In this document: positions 62,609 through 64,000 of the stretch, in pieces
Layout of the letters: each line of letters opens with the position of its first letter
Numbering within the stretch: the stretch's first letter is position 1
Assembly: GCF_963506605.1 (NCBI RefSeq)
Contig: NC_083281.1
Coordinates: 16,244,001-16,308,000, forward strand
From: Zootoca vivipara
Lineage: Eukaryota
Direction: 5' to 3'
Length of the DNA stretch: 64,000 nucleotides
Translations under genes and position numbers: made by a program
Notes under the pieces: generated by a model
Told to the model about the DNA's origin: nothing
Database searches by the model: none
What the model saw: the letters and a program-made list of their open reading frames with translations, nothing else

Positions 62609-64000
62609 GTAGGAGTATTTGGAATTTGTATGCTAATACTATTCTTTTATGTCTTTGTTGTGTCTTCCTCATCTCCTCTGTGACTCGAGGACCTTTTTGG
62701 TCCCTTCCAACCTTACAATTCCATGATTCCAATTCGATCCAGGGAGGGAGAGGAGCCTCGGACCTGTCATCCTCCCTGCTGCTGCTGCTGCGCTACCGCG
62801 CCGAGATCACCCGGCTACCTGGAGCCCCGAAGCCGAAGGGACCCAGGAGTGAGAGTGGGGTGCCTGGGGGAAGGGGAGAGACCCTGACCCAGATACCCCG
62901 CCATCGAGCTGCCTCCGCTACCCCCGCCGCTAAATTGAGGGAGAGGTAGGAGGACGAACTGCGGCCTTGCGGGAACACGAGGCTGGGCCTAGACTCAACC
63001 TGGGCCTGCTTTCCCGCCGAGTAGCGCGCCCAAAGTCCAAAGGAAGGCCCACTGGAAAGGCCTCGTTTGTTTTTTGTTTTTCTTTCCATTTTTAAATATA
63101 TATATATATATATATAATAAACCCCTTTTTATTTTTATTCTTTCTAAAAATTTTTTTTATACTTTTAATGCTATTTTTTAAAATATGTAAATATTTTTAT
63201 AAATATTATATATATATATCTTTCTTCCCCCCCTTTTTTCATTTTCCTTAAATTTTTCTTCTATAAGAACAATAACAACAAAAAGACCTTGATTTTGTTT
63301 CACCCCCACCCACCCACCCCTTTTTTTTAAAAAAGAAAAGAAAAGAATATATTAATATTTTAACCAATATTTTTAGTATTGCCACCGTCTATTACTTCCA
63401 CCTTCCACTTTTTAACACCCAACCCCCCTCTTTTTATACATTTTAACCCTTTAGGAAAAAACAGGCAAAAATAAAATCACAAGTTCCTAGCCCTTTTACT
63501 AAATTTCTATCCTTTTTAAGCTGCTGTCCTCTCTCTCCTCCAAACCTCTTTTACCTTAGCCTTATATTATTCCTTCCACCTCAATACATAAACCCTTTCC
63601 ATACACTCAAACCCACCTCCCCAATATATCCTCTCTTTATTTTTACCCTCCGTCTCACTTGTTTCCACCCTCATTTTGTCTTCTCTTTCCTTTTCGGTTC
63701 CTTCTTTCCCCCTTTTAAATTGAACCCCCCCCTATCTAGTCTGTTTATTAACCTGTCTCCAATAGGGGAGCCTTTCCTCCCACTCATCACCCCCCTTTTA
63801 AAATAAACACTTCTATTTTATTTTTATCTTATTTCCTTCATTCCACTACATAAACCTTCTCCTTGAACCCCTTCCCAGACACTCAATTCCCCTTTATTTG
63901 TCCATTCCTTATCTTCCCCTTCCACCCCACTTATCACTCCTCACCCCTTCTTTTGTTTTATACCCTCTTTGTTTGTTGAGTTGCTTGTTTGCCCATCTAT

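Noticed and set aside
62740-64000. GC-rich patch followed by a long pyrimidine/AT-rich stretch
   Set aside because: No CYP2 exon 6 or other coding signal; homopolymer-rich and probably poorly polished or degraded repeat sequence.

Overview
Vertebrate genomic DNA, almost certainly a squamate and probably a lacertid-type lizard, judged from Sauria SINEs, BovB, CR1, L2, RTE-X and Penelope-like repeats. Gene order: (1) the last coding exon of POLR1G/CD3EAP (+), tail-to-tail with a complete 9-coding-exon ERCC1 (-). (2) A CpG island shared head-to-head by ERCC1 and a KRAB-C2H2 zinc-finger gene with an intronless CDS (+). (3) A CD72-like ITIM/C-type lectin receptor (+) whose last exon is unresolved near a 200-N gap. 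(4) A CpG island with four CACGTG E-boxes upstream of a CIPC-like (CLOCK-interacting pacemaker) gene (+). (5) A decayed ZNF remnant and a long-ORF RTE-X-like LINE. (6) Exons 1-5 of a CYP2-family P450 (+) with a 1-nt frameshift in exon 5. Most notable: minimal hammerhead ribozyme motifs in three Penelope-like inverted-repeat insertions, a probable second CIPC paralog with clock-type cis-elements, and several mechanistically informative transposon structures. Gene and repeat names come from recalled sequence similarity, not database searches.
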